From: a virus | Virus record (IMG/VR): IMGVR_UViG_3300045993_000417 | Location: 1-64,000 of that record | Reading direction: 5' to 3' (one strand) | DNA: 64,000 bases | Part shown: in pieces, positions 30,157 to 39,734 of the stretch | How positions within the stretch are numbered: the first letter of the stretch is position 1 | Layout of the letters: the number at the start of each line of letters is the position of its first letter | Notes under the pieces: generated by a model | Databases searched by the model: none | Told to the model about the DNA's origin: nothing | The model's input: the letters and a program-made list of their open reading frames with translations, nothing else | Made by a program: the position numbers and the translations under genes

Positions 30157-30506
30157 ATAAATACTTAGAAAAGATAGCATCCAGGTCAGACGGAGTTATA
30201 AACTCCATCTTCGGATTCGGAGATAGACTGATAGGCCACTCTGCCGGCCGTGCTAAGACCATCCACAACTCCTTGAAGGACGCAGCTCATCTGGGTAGCG
30301 GTATCCCAGCCTCTACCATGCGCAAGGCTAAGGAGCTATCTGATGCTGCCTCTCTGGCTTCTCGTAACACTCGTATCCGTACTGCTCTAGCAGTGGGCGG
30401 TGGTGTAACTGCTGGGTATCTCGGTATCCACAAGTACCAGCAACATAAAGATGAGAAGATTATGCAGAAGATCTTATCTAACGCACAAAACAATCAAGTA
30501 TACTAA
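30153..30506 (+). CDS. Tagged small virion protein (MNKYLEKIA) with a hydrophobic helix
   Basis: N-terminal tag; ALAVGGGVTAGYLG. Confidence 0.7.
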   Translation: MNKYLEKIASRSDGVINSIFGFGDRLIGHSAGRAKTIHNSLKDAAHLGSGIPASTMRKAKELSDAASLASRNTRIRTALAVGGGVTAGYLGIHKYQQHKDEKIMQKILSNAQNNQVY

Positions 30507-30575
30507 AATACGTATTGACTAAATTAGAGAGACGTACTAAAATCACGTTCTCTTACATAACTTAAAGGAAACAAA

Positions 30576-31010
30576 ATGTACATTCAAAACACCCTAAACC
30601 ATACTCTAGTTCTGAAAGCCGGATACTTGAAGTTGGCTGCAGGCGCAACAAACGTCAATCCCCTTACAGAGGATGACTACAAGGACACTACTATTGCTGA
30701 CGCAATCTCTCGTGGTTGGGCTAAAAAAGTAACTGAGGCTATCGCTGCTGCTGAAGTGGCACCGGTTGCAGTTACTGTAGCTAGCTCTAAGGGAGGTTTG
30801 ACTCTTGAAGAACTAAAGGCTGAACAGGCTGCTAAAGTAGAGAAGCCAACTGCTTTCACTACTGAGCTTGGTCTTAGCGATGGTATCCCTCAGGGCGGTG
30901 CAGTAGGTTCTACAATCGGAGTGCCTATTGAGACTTACGTAACTGAGCCTGTAGTAGCTCCAGTAGAAGAAGTTAAAGAAACAAAAGCCTCTAAGGCTAA
31001 AAGTAAATAA
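30576..31010 (+). CDS. Hypothetical virion protein
   Basis: AAGGA SD, TAAAAT upstream, terminator at ~31040-31062. Confidence 0.65.
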   Translation: MYIQNTLNHTLVLKAGYLKLAAGATNVNPLTEDDYKDTTIADAISRGWAKKVTEAIAAAEVAPVAVTVASSKGGLTLEELKAEQAAKVEKPTAFTTELGLSDGIPQGGAVGSTIGVPIETYVTEPVVAPVEEVKETKASKAKSK

Positions 31011-31081
31011 AGTATCCCTACATATAAATTGGAATACTTTCCGGCCTTAGGGCCGGTTTTTTATTGTGCTAAACTCTAGTC

Positions 31082-31525
31082 ATGGCTACTATACAAATTC
31101 TAACTGTTGATGAAGTACGTGAGTACTTAGGTGATTACGCTCAAAACAACCGCCTGATTGAAGGTGAGGAGTTTTCAGATACCAGAGTTTCGCTCTGCAT
31201 GGGACTGGCAGTAGATGAATATAATACCAACCCACCTTTCACAGTGTATAGTACGGCGGATTTCCCCTCCAAGTCTATATTGCTCTGGGGAACGTTGTGG
31301 AAGATGTTTGAAGGTAAGGCTGCAGAGTTTGCACGAAACACTCTGTCATACAGTGACGGCGGTGTACAGATACCAATTGAGGAAAAGGCGGAGTTGTATA
31401 AGACTCTAGCTAACGGTTTCCATCAGAACTTCAACGACCAAATGAGAATCCTAAAAACACACGTTAACATGGAATCAGGCTGGGGTGACGTTCGTGGAGA
31501 TGCGAGCCTTTTCCCTATTTGGTAA
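31082..31525 (+). CDS. Head-tail adaptor (neck) protein, putative
   Basis: Size, position after the capsid gene, and a helical 'VREYLGD...FSD...LSYSDGG' pattern. Confidence 0.55.
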   Translation: MATIQILTVDEVREYLGDYAQNNRLIEGEEFSDTRVSLCMGLAVDEYNTNPPFTVYSTADFPSKSILLWGTLWKMFEGKAAEFARNTLSYSDGGVQIPIEEKAELYKTLANGFHQNFNDQMRILKTHVNMESGWGDVRGDASLFPIW

Positions 31526-31528
31526 TCT

Positions 31529-31558
31529 AAAAAAAGCCCAGGTTATTCTGGGCTTTTT
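31529..31558. terminator. Bidirectional terminator
   Basis: AAAAAGCCCAG/CTGGGCTTTTT between convergent genes. Confidence 0.85.
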
Positions 31559-31559
31559 A

Positions 31560-31904
31560 TCAAACACGCAGAGCGGTAATATATACCCCTATTGCCCTGT
31601 AAAACATCCCATCCTTATTATTGGTGTCCTGTAGTACCAACACGGTTACTTCCGAGTGGCTGGTAAAATCAGGTTCTTTAAGTGCGGGCTTTATCAAAGA
31701 CATTTCCTGGTCATGTAATTCTTTCTCTGAATAGGCTTTTATCATTATAAAGGGAACATAGGCTAGCCTGTGTTTGTAATCCCAGTAATCCCCCCTACCA
31801 CGGATACACCTAGTTAGGCCCTCTATTTCTATGACCTTGATAGGACCACCTTCTAGTTGTTTATCTAACTCACTAACAGATATAGGTTTATACGTTATGT
31901 TCAT
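31560..31904 (-). CDS. Hypothetical protein
   Basis: ORF coupled to the upstream phosphoesterase. Confidence 0.6.
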   Translation of the reverse strand: MNITYKPISVSELDKQLEGGPIKVIEIEGLTRCIRGRGDYWDYKHRLAYVPFIMIKAYSEKELHDQEMSLIKPALKEPDFTSHSEVTVLVLQDTNNKDGMFYRAIGVYITALRV

Positions 31905-32814
31905 TCTCTTCCTTAGTTGAAGTTATGATGAGCGTCTCATGTTCTACCAACCCTCTGGCCTCATTCATTTCACCAGCGTAACCTACGCAGTTATTGATTA
32001 GTACACACTCCCCGAACACGGTGGTATCCTGGTAATGAGTATGTCCATAGAACCAGTACCTGATGTTTGGGTTGTCCATAATCAAGTCACTCAAGTCTGA
32101 GGCGTAATAACAGTTAGAAGTGTCCCCTGCGTACCTAGGATCACACAGACTGAACATCGGTAAGTGATGTGTTATTACTATCACTTTCTTGTTAGGGTTT
32201 TGTCTAGCTATAAAGCGTATGTATTCCTTGTGCCTTTTATGCACATTAACCCAGCGCTCTGACGTAAATCTATCCCACCTGCCCTCAGGACCGGTATCGT
32301 ATGATATCTTACCGTCGTAAGCCATAACTCTATTTAGGTTCATCATAGAGAAGGGATCATTCTTATTCATGTCTGTCCAAAGAGTACAGCCTACAAACAA
32401 GAAGTCACCATCCACGTAAGTGTCGCAGTCAAGTACTTTGACGTTGTGTAACCCCCTGTTGGCTAGAAGTTCGTTACACTTCTCACCACCCCTTCTGATA
32501 GTTAAGCTACCAGAGTTAATCGGCCAGAAATCATGGTTTCCAAGCACTATAAGCACCTGTTTAAACCTACATGCAACCTTCTCGATCCATGTCCTAGAAT
32601 CTACCGTGAATGGTCTAGGAGTATCCTTATCTATTAGAATCGTTTCCCTAGAGAAGTCCTCCCATTCGATAAACCTGGTGCCGGTCCATAAGTCCCCTGC
32701 CAGTATGAGGATAGTCTCAGCGTCGTCTGGTAGAACCGGTGGATACCAAAGTTTACCTAGCTTATAGTGATCTAAATGAATATCAGAGTATTCACGTATT
32801 TTTAACTGTTGCAT
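31888..32814 (-). CDS. Calcineurin-like metallophosphoesterase
   Basis: Motifs SDIHLD, LAGDL, LGNHD, TLWTD, THHLP, GHTH. Confidence 0.9.
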   Translation of the reverse strand: MQQLKIREYSDIHLDHYKLGKLWYPPVLPDDAETILILAGDLWTGTRFIEWEDFSRETILIDKDTPRPFTVDSRTWIEKVACRFKQVLIVLGNHDFWPINSGSLTIRRGGEKCNELLANRGLHNVKVLDCDTYVDGDFLFVGCTLWTDMNKNDPFSMMNLNRVMAYDGKISYDTGPEGRWDRFTSERWVNVHKRHKEYIRFIARQNPNKKVIVITHHLPMFSLCDPRYAGDTSNCYYASDLSDLIMDNPNIRYWFYGHTHYQDTTVFGECVLINNCVGYAGEMNEARGLVEHETLIITSTKEENEHNV

Positions 32815-32879
32815 AATGATCCTTTAGTTGTTTGTACATTACTTATACCAAATATTCTACCATACTTTAAAATACAGTT

Positions 32880-33776
32880 ATGTCATTAAACGTCTCTATC
32901 AATGTAGGGTTCCTAGTTCAAACCCATAATATGGGTAGCTCAACCGTGCCTACGTTGATTAGTAATGGGATATACCAGTCCGGAGCCATATCGGTAACTA
33001 TATATCCTAGATGGTATAAACACGTATCTGTTGAATGGACAGTGCCTTCTAACTGGGGTAATTGTGTATTCAACGTGTATACTAGTCAGACGGAGGGTGG
33101 TCCTTGGGAGTTGATTAACCCTATCCCTATTACTGGAACGTTCTTAACAGAAGCCGTTTCAAAAGAGTATTCTAAATTCTCTAAGGGTTTTTACGTAGTA
33201 GAAGCATTACTACTGGATAAGAATCTGCATAAGGTAAGGTCAGCTTCTTCGACTTGGAATACGTATCAATCTAACTGGGTTGCATTGCGCTCAAACGAGA
33301 TACAGCGTAGGCAGTACATACTTCTAGCTCAATTTACTGGGGTTAAGTCTTATCTGTTTAGACGTAGAGACTACGGTAAGCGCTGTACGAACTGTTGGGA
33401 TCCTAAGACTGAAAAGGTTATTAAGGATCATTGCACAGTGTGTTTTGGTACTAGTTTCGAAGGTGGTTACTTTGATGCTGTACCGTTCTATGTTCAGTAT
33501 GAACCTACCCCTAATACAGATCAGCAGGTGTATTATGGAACTATGGAAAATAACCAAATCGGCGGTAGGAGTATATCTATACCAGAGGTTAGGTTAAATG
33601 ATATAATAATCAGAGCAGGGGATTGGAACGCATATTTAGTAGACAGAATGACTAACACTGAACTCATGTCTAATTCAGTAAGTCAAATAATGGTATTAAC
33701 ACAATTAGGTAAAGACAGCGTCGAGTACAATTTAATGACAAAGAACCTACCAGATTTCCCACAACAATATATATAA
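32880..33776 (+). CDS. Neck/head-closure protein with an FN3-like N-terminus and Zn finger, putative
   Basis: RCTNCWD...CTVCFGTSFEGGY; position between the adaptor and the sheath. Confidence 0.55.
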   Translation: MSLNVSINVGFLVQTHNMGSSTVPTLISNGIYQSGAISVTIYPRWYKHVSVEWTVPSNWGNCVFNVYTSQTEGGPWELINPIPITGTFLTEAVSKEYSKFSKGFYVVEALLLDKNLHKVRSASSTWNTYQSNWVALRSNEIQRRQYILLAQFTGVKSYLFRRRDYGKRCTNCWDPKTEKVIKDHCTVCFGTSFEGGYFDAVPFYVQYEPTPNTDQQVYYGTMENNQIGGRSISIPEVRLNDIIIRAGDWNAYLVDRMTNTELMSNSVSQIMVLTQLGKDSVEYNLMTKNLPDFPQQYI

Positions 33777-33786
33777 AGGATAGAAC

Positions 33787-33981
33787 ATGAGCAACAAGTA
33801 CTTAGAAAAGATCGCAATGACTGCTGGAGTTGGTAACCTTATTAAGGGCATCAAGACTACTAGCAAGCTGGAGTCGGACATGCTTAAAGGCAAGGCCCGT
33901 AATATTATTCAGAAACAGGTAGACAGGCACATCCCTACCGGCGGTCTAAGCACTTTGAAGCAATACCCAGTACGGTACTAA
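33787..33981 (+). CDS. Small tagged protein (MSNKYLEKIA)
   Basis: N-terminal tag and AGGA SD. Confidence 0.65.
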   Translation: MSNKYLEKIAMTAGVGNLIKGIKTTSKLESDMLKGKARNIIQKQVDRHIPTGGLSTLKQYPVRY

Positions 33982-33983
33982 TA

Positions 33984-34568
33984 ATGTCGTCGTTCTCTCC
34001 TCTACTAGTGTCTAAGCTGGTAATATTACCCTTGAGGTATTTTTTCAGTAACTACGCCAAGGCGTATGACTTAGTATGGGACGAGGATGAAAAGATTCGC
34101 ACAATAGAGGTTGGCCACATGAATGACTACCATCAAATAGCCATTCAGAAGAACCCGCGTGTTTTAATATCCAGAGGGGACTACCAGATAAACAAGGTGG
34201 GCATCACTGATAACCTTGCTGAAGCCTTACCCTCTCAACTTCACGGTAGTGACGACCGCGTTAATATGGTGCTTATTTCTGGTAATGCCCAGATAATCAT
34301 AGAGGCCAGGCAACAAGGAACTTGCGAAATTTTAGCAGATATGGTTTCTCACTTTATTACCTGGTCAAGGCCTTTTCTCTGTGATACACAGGGTTTTAAG
34401 GAGTTCGGATTACCAATGGTAGTTTCAGACTGCACCCCTGATCAGGAGGATAAGGAGAAATTTAAGGTAGTGATCTCTATACCCTTTATGATGGAAGAGA
34501 AATGGACTGTAAGACAAGAAGCGCTCTCTTTGAAAAGTTTCTTTGTATCTCTATCAAAGCAGCCATGA
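33984..34568 (+). CDS. Tail terminator/completion protein, putative
   Basis: Size and position directly upstream of the sheath. Confidence 0.5.
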   Translation: MSSFSPLLVSKLVILPLRYFFSNYAKAYDLVWDEDEKIRTIEVGHMNDYHQIAIQKNPRVLISRGDYQINKVGITDNLAEALPSQLHGSDDRVNMVLISGNAQIIIEARQQGTCEILADMVSHFITWSRPFLCDTQGFKEFGLPMVVSDCTPDQEDKEKFKVVISIPFMMEEKWTVRQEALSLKSFFVSLSKQP

Positions 34569-34667
34569 GTCCTGGGTTAAAATATTGTCATAGATTACAC
34601 GGATAACATCCGTTTAAAGGATTTACAAAACTCAGAAAATTCTGGGTTATTTATTTAGGAGAGCTTA

Positions 34668-37316
34668 ATGGCCTACGTAGTACCTTCACCTCTTGTATAT
34701 CAAGAGTTACTAAATTCTGGTGGGGTTGCAAATTCTACCCCAGATCTAGATGCTTGCATTATCGGCCCAGCATTCAACGTTATTAACTACGTTGCTGGTG
34801 ACGTCGCATCTTTGATCAAAACGGCAGCATCTAAGGTTAGTGCAGCAATCCCTGTCACTCTGGCAGCCGGTTCTGATACCATCACGTTCACTACCGCTCC
34901 TGCAGTCACTGTAGGGGATGTACTGCTTATTCCCGGTGCTGGACTGGCTGGAGGTTCTTTACAAGCTACAGTTAATTCCGTTAATGGAATGATTGTAATT
35001 CTAGACACTGTCGCTATCACTAGCGTCACTAACGCTGCTGCTACGAAACAAGGCACTCTAGTAGACTCTACTATCGCTAATACTTTCGGTATGCCTAGTC
35101 AAAAGCCTGGTCAAGTAACTTCTGTTGCTTCAATTGGCGTATACCTTAATAACGCTAGAGTTCAAACTCTATCTACCAAATTCCACGCTTTCTCTAATAG
35201 TGTAGCGTTGACTATGGTTCCTGTAGTTGGTGTCGGTAGTATCCTAATAGGTACTAGAGACGTTACTGCAGTTGATGTTTCTGGTAAGCTGGTTGTCGGT
35301 GATGAAATCACTATAGCTGGTGCAGGTGTAGGTGGAGCTAACTTGGTTGCTAAAATCTCCGCAATGCCTACTGGCACTACTATCACCCTAGACCCTAATT
35401 CCCCAGCAGCCTCAGCTACTGTCCCAGGTGGAGTCCTAACTAAGAGCGTAATTCAAAATATAAGCCCAGTTACTTCTACCTTGATTTTAGAGGCAGGCGA
35501 TAAGGTTCATATTAATTACACTAATAACGTAGGGGCGGCAGCTACCTTTGATACAACCGTTAATGAAGTCGTAAGCCCAGTAGGAGCTATTACCAGTCTC
35601 ACTCTAGCTGACGTCCTTCCTGCAAATATCAGTAAGACTACCACTGTTAGCGTGGCAGCATCTTCTGGAGCTGGTACTGTTACCTTAGGATCAGTTGTAG
35701 GTATGACTAAGGGTGATACTATTAAATTCGCCTCTATAGGTGGAGTTACTGGTAATGACTTTATTACTACAGTAACTCTTATCGCTGGTAACATAGTTAC
35801 TTTATCAGGGGTTCTACCTGCAGCAGCCGATCTAAACTCGGTAGTTATAGTTGGTAACCAAATAACAGTTAGCTCACGTAAGCTATATAACAATCAACTA
35901 TTACCAACACACAAAGTATCTAACGTACTAAGCCTTAACTACGACACTTCTACTACTGCTACCTCTGGTCAGATAGTAATAAACCCTAATCCTGAGTTAG
36001 TGTATGGTGTAGTTAAGACTGCAGACGTACATGTTGGTTACAAGGCTTTGCGTACAGACCTAAGTGCATCTGTAATGGATGTAGCTAACACTGCTGATAT
36101 CCAGGGTACTTTTGGTGACATCTCCGATGCTAACCCTTTGGCTCTAGCTGTTCAACTGGCTAAGGCTAATACCACTACCAGAGTCCGGTTCATTGCCATC
36201 GAGTCAGATGATCTTGTCGGTTACCAAAAAGCATTCGACTTAGCTGAAGGTCAGAGACTGTACGCAATCGTACCTTTGACACAAGACCAATCAATTGTTG
36301 CTGCTCTAAAGAACCACGTTTTACAGATGTCCTTACCTGAGTCTGCTAATTGGCGTATTGCTCTGGTTAACACGGCTATTCCTACTGATGTAACCGTAGG
36401 ACCTTTCAGTTCTGGATTATTGAATGCCAATAGCGGTAATAACGCTATAGCAGTATCCGCTGGTAAATATATCCTTACATCGTCTAACGCTACATTCCTA
36501 AGTGACGGGGTCACTCCTGGAGATATTACTCACGTTTATAACGGAGCTACTCTACTTGGTGCTTACACTGTCCTAGAGGTTGTAAGTAACCAACAAGTTG
36601 TTCTAGACACTACTTCTACAGTATCCGGTGTTTCGTACTTCGTCTCTCGTATCTTGACTAAGACACAAAAGGCTCAGTCCGTTGCTGCAGTGAGCAAAAG
36701 TTTTGGTTCTAGCAGAGTAATCCACGTTCAACCAGACACTGTTGGTGTTAACGTTAACGGCACGATCAAATATCTGCCAGGATATTATCTGTGTGCTGCA
36801 GTGGCTGGACTAGTGGCTGGATTCCCAGTACAACAGGGTTTCACAAATATTGGTGTGGCAGGTATTGCTGATATTAAATACAGTAACTTCTACTTTACCC
36901 GTGCTCAACTTAACTCTATGGCAGAGGCTGGTACATTCCTGTTTGTTCAAGAGACCAGCGGTTCTATACCATACTGCCGTCATGAGTTAACTACTGATGT
37001 TACAGTACTAGAGTACCGTGAGTTACTAGTAGTTAAGAACTGGGACTTCCTGTCTTATTTCTACTATGACAAGATGAAGGGATTCATGGGTTCATGGAAT
37101 ATTACTGCTGAAACTCTAAATACAGTACGTAGGACTATCAACGCATCATCTGAGTTGCTTAAAGCTAAAAAATTGCCTAAGATCGGAGCACCATTGATCG
37201 ACGCAAAAATAACTAAACTAGAGCAGAGCACTAATAACAAAGATACTATTGATTGCAGATTGAGTGTGTCAGTCGTTTACCCATTCAACTATATCAATTT
37301 ATATTTGGTAATCTAG
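34668..37316 (+). CDS. Tail sheath protein with inserted beta-barrel domains
   Basis: MAYVVPSPLVYQE start; PGYYLCAAVAG, RHELTTD, RELLVVKNWD, VVYPFNYI sheath core; repeated VGD.I.I.GAG modules. Confidence 0.85.
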   Translation: MAYVVPSPLVYQELLNSGGVANSTPDLDACIIGPAFNVINYVAGDVASLIKTAASKVSAAIPVTLAAGSDTITFTTAPAVTVGDVLLIPGAGLAGGSLQATVNSVNGMIVILDTVAITSVTNAAATKQGTLVDSTIANTFGMPSQKPGQVTSVASIGVYLNNARVQTLSTKFHAFSNSVALTMVPVVGVGSILIGTRDVTAVDVSGKLVVGDEITIAGAGVGGANLVAKISAMPTGTTITLDPNSPAASATVPGGVLTKSVIQNISPVTSTLILEAGDKVHINYTNNVGAAATFDTTVNEVVSPVGAITSLTLADVLPANISKTTTVSVAASSGAGTVTLGSVVGMTKGDTIKFASIGGVTGNDFITTVTLIAGNIVTLSGVLPAAADLNSVVIVGNQITVSSRKLYNNQLLPTHKVSNVLSLNYDTSTTATSGQIVINPNPELVYGVVKTADVHVGYKALRTDLSASVMDVANTADIQGTFGDISDANPLALAVQLAKANTTTRVRFIAIESDDLVGYQKAFDLAEGQRLYAIVPLTQDQSIVAALKNHVLQMSLPESANWRIALVNTAIPTDVTVGPFSSGLLNANSGNNAIAVSAGKYILTSSNATFLSDGVTPGDITHVYNGATLLGAYTVLEVVSNQQVVLDTTSTVSGVSYFVSRILTKTQKAQSVAAVSKSFGSSRVIHVQPDTVGVNVNGTIKYLPGYYLCAAVAGLVAGFPVQQGFTNIGVAGIADIKYSNFYFTRAQLNSMAEAGTFLFVQETSGSIPYCRHELTTDVTVLEYRELLVVKNWDFLSYFYYDKMKGFMGSWNITAETLNTVRRTINASSELLKAKKLPKIGAPLIDAKITKLEQSTNNKDTIDCRLSVSVVYPFNYINLYLVI

Positions 37317-37327
37317 AAAATACATAC

Positions 37328-37347
37328 GGGGTCTTCGGACCCCTTTT
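37328..37347 (+). terminator. cUUCGg hairpin/terminator between sheath and tube
   Basis: GGGGTC-TTCG-GACCCC followed by TTTT. Confidence 0.6.
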
Positions 37348-37368
37348 AAAGAAAAGGAATATCCTTAA

Positions 37369-38043
37369 ATGGCTACAAAAGATGATGACAAACTAGGTAC
37401 AGTAGGTGAGGCCGGGTTTGGATTGAATTGGGACTGGAAAGGTTCCTATATGGACAAACTGGGTGATGAAGGCTACGAGAGATTCTCGCAGTTTTCAGCA
37501 TCTCCAGATACTACAGCACTATTTGCAGGCCCCGCTCGTTATACAGGTCTTGCCGGTGATGCTGCAAGTTTAATACCTATTGGCTTAGCTGACGGAATCG
37601 GTTTCCAATCTCAATCAGGTATCCAACCTTTGTACGAAATCGGTTCTAACCGCACGTTCTTCACACGTGGCAAAACCTCTCACTCGATGACTATGGGTAA
37701 GATGTTGGCTGACCAGAAGAATATCTTGGCAGCTTTGTCTGCTGCGGCTTATCGACCACTAATGGCTACTGATGGATCTAAGAGTCCAGGAGCTGAAACT
37801 CCAAATCCAAACATTATGATGAACTTGGACTCTGAGTTCTTCGCAGTTCCGTTTGGATTGTTATTGGTATTCAAGACTCGTGGTGGTGGTAATGATGGTT
37901 ATGGTAAAGCGTTGACTGCTCTGTATCTAGAGTATTGTATGTTTGCTAACTATGGTTTTAACATAGCTTCTCAAAGCCCTGTTATCCAGGAATCCATAAG
38001 TCTTTCCTTCGATAGACCAGTACCAGTATCCTTTAACGCCTAA
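37369..38043 (+). CDS. Tail tube protein
   Basis: Follows the sheath; QPLYEIGS, YLEYC, IQESISLSFDR. Confidence 0.75.
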   Translation: MATKDDDKLGTVGEAGFGLNWDWKGSYMDKLGDEGYERFSQFSASPDTTALFAGPARYTGLAGDAASLIPIGLADGIGFQSQSGIQPLYEIGSNRTFFTRGKTSHSMTMGKMLADQKNILAALSAAAYRPLMATDGSKSPGAETPNPNIMMNLDSEFFAVPFGLLLVFKTRGGGNDGYGKALTALYLEYCMFANYGFNIASQSPVIQESISLSFDRPVPVSFNA

Positions 38044-38069
38044 CATAACACCCATAGGGGTATAATAAG

Positions 38070-38091
38070 AACCCGGCTAGTCCGGGTTTTT
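38070..38091 (+). terminator. Intrinsic terminator
   Basis: AACCCGG/CCGGGTT followed by a T-tract. Confidence 0.75.
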
Positions 38092-38105
38092 GTTATAATA
38101 GTATT

Positions 38106-39365
38106 ATGTATAATATACCAATCAAATTAGATAAAGGCCTAGAAGAGGGCGTCGTTACAGAAGTAGATGCTAAGCGTCTTATATGTAAGGTGCGCACCTC
38201 CTTTGGCAAAAGATTAAGTAGAGTAAAGTGGATGCTACCCTTTGGAGGATCCTCTAGAGCTGGTGATAGGGGTACTCCTTCTCAGGGGGATAGGGTAGTA
38301 CTATCCTATGGATTGGGGTATCCAATTATAGTAGGGTTCCTACCAGAGTTAGAAGGAGTAGGAAGAGATGATTCCACCGAGTTAGTAGGATCCGTATACT
38401 CAGTGGATACTGGTAACTTTAGTGGAACTGCAGGTGACTCCTCTAAGATAGACGTTAGTAAACCTAAAGACTTTATATCTGGTGATAGGGTAATCTCTAC
38501 ATTGGGTGGCGCCCTTTTAGGGTTACTACGTGGAGGTTCTGTAGTAATACGCAGCGGTGCGTTCTCAGAGATATTTATCTCTAAATGGACGAACTTAGTG
38601 AGAGTAGTGTCAGGTAACTGGGAACACTTTACCGATGTGTTCTCTGATGTAGTTAAAAACTATAGAGGTAGGGTATATAGGTACACCGGATATAGTAATA
38701 CCTACCTAGGGGCTAAAAATGAGGTGTACACCTACAATGAGTTCACAGGGGATACTGCTTTAGCCGAACAGATGAAAACTACATATACTGAGGATGTAAT
38801 ACCAGTTACTCAGAACACTATTATACGTAGAGAGTTGGTTACAGTCGGCGGTGTAGAGAAGATGCACCATAATATAGGACTAACCGGGCTAGATGAGACC
38901 ATAGTTACTAACGCAGGCGGTATTACTAGGATTAAGAGTGACGGTAATGAGATGTATGTTAGTCATAAGTCTGTAGGTAACGTCGAGAGTGTTGCTGTAA
39001 TAGATATTTCCGGTATACTATTCAGGACTGGTGTAGCTGGAGCTGGGCAGAAGGCCTCGTTCCATATTGATCAAAACGGTAACATTGACGTAACGCATGA
39101 TGGTACATTAAATGTAAATACTACCGGCACTGCTACTATCCACAGCGAAGGTAACATGTCCGCTACTACCAGTGGTAATTTAATAGTTACAGCGACTGGT
39201 ACAGCTAATGTGACGGCTGGGGGCAAGGCTACGGTTAAAGGTGCAACAGTGGATGTGGACGGTGGCGGTGGTGGTATTAAGGGGGTTGTGCAGGGTAGCT
39301 GTATCTGTGCCTTCACCGGTGCGCCACACGGACATGTTTCAGGAACAGTGAAGGGATCTCAATAA
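38106..39365 (+). CDS. Baseplate central spike (gp5/gpV/VgrG-like)
   Basis: N-terminal OB-fold pattern (GVVTEVD...P.QGDRV), C-terminal beta-helix repeats, and a CICAFTGAPH tip. Confidence 0.7.
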   Translation: MYNIPIKLDKGLEEGVVTEVDAKRLICKVRTSFGKRLSRVKWMLPFGGSSRAGDRGTPSQGDRVVLSYGLGYPIIVGFLPELEGVGRDDSTELVGSVYSVDTGNFSGTAGDSSKIDVSKPKDFISGDRVISTLGGALLGLLRGGSVVIRSGAFSEIFISKWTNLVRVVSGNWEHFTDVFSDVVKNYRGRVYRYTGYSNTYLGAKNEVYTYNEFTGDTALAEQMKTTYTEDVIPVTQNTIIRRELVTVGGVEKMHHNIGLTGLDETIVTNAGGITRIKSDGNEMYVSHKSVGNVESVAVIDISGILFRTGVAGAGQKASFHIDQNGNIDVTHDGTLNVNTTGTATIHSEGNMSATTSGNLIVTATGTANVTAGGKATVKGATVDVDGGGGGIKGVVQGSCICAFTGAPHGHVSGTVKGSQ

Positions 39366-39601
39366 TGGCAATGACAGCAGCAGGTATGGCAGCAAAGATT
39401 AAGGCAGCAATGACTACCCCGGCAATGATTGCCCTAGCACAAACAAGTGATTCAGCTACCGCGGTGACTAATGCTGACACTGCGATGTTAGCCATGTGCC
39501 AAGGTATTATAAATGAGATAGTGGCTAACTCAGAACTCGTGTCTGTAACACATGATGCCGGGGCGGCTGGTGCCGGTATAATAACAGGTACGGTAAAATA
39601 G
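39365..39601 (+). CDS. Small spike-associated protein
   Basis: Coupled to the spike gene; ends ...GIITGTVK. Confidence 0.6.
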   Translation: MAMTAAGMAAKIKAAMTTPAMIALAQTSDSATAVTNADTAMLAMCQGIINEIVANSELVSVTHDAGAAGAGIITGTVK

Positions 39602-39613
39602 TCTTTGCTAGGC

Positions 39614-39645
39614 TAAAAATTACCCAAGGGTTTCCCCTTGTAATT
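39614..39645 (-). terminator. Terminator of the RT transcription unit
   Basis: AATTACAAGGG-GAAA-CCCTTGGGTAATT followed by TTTAG on the - strand. Confidence 0.65.
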
Positions 39646-39725
39646 TAATGGGATATGTTTAACTGTTTTGTTGTTTGAAATAATCTTGAGGATAGCTTAT
39701 TCCTGCTATTGATTTGTTTATTCAT
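39645..39725 (-). CDS. Possible 26-aa peptide MNKQINSRNKLSSRLFQTTKQLNISH; not in the ORF track
   Basis: A perfect AGGAGG SD lies 4 nt upstream, and the ORF ends at the terminator. Confidence 0.4.
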   Translation of the reverse strand: MNKQINSRNKLSSRLFQTTKQLNISH

Positions 39726-39734
39726 AAAACCTCC

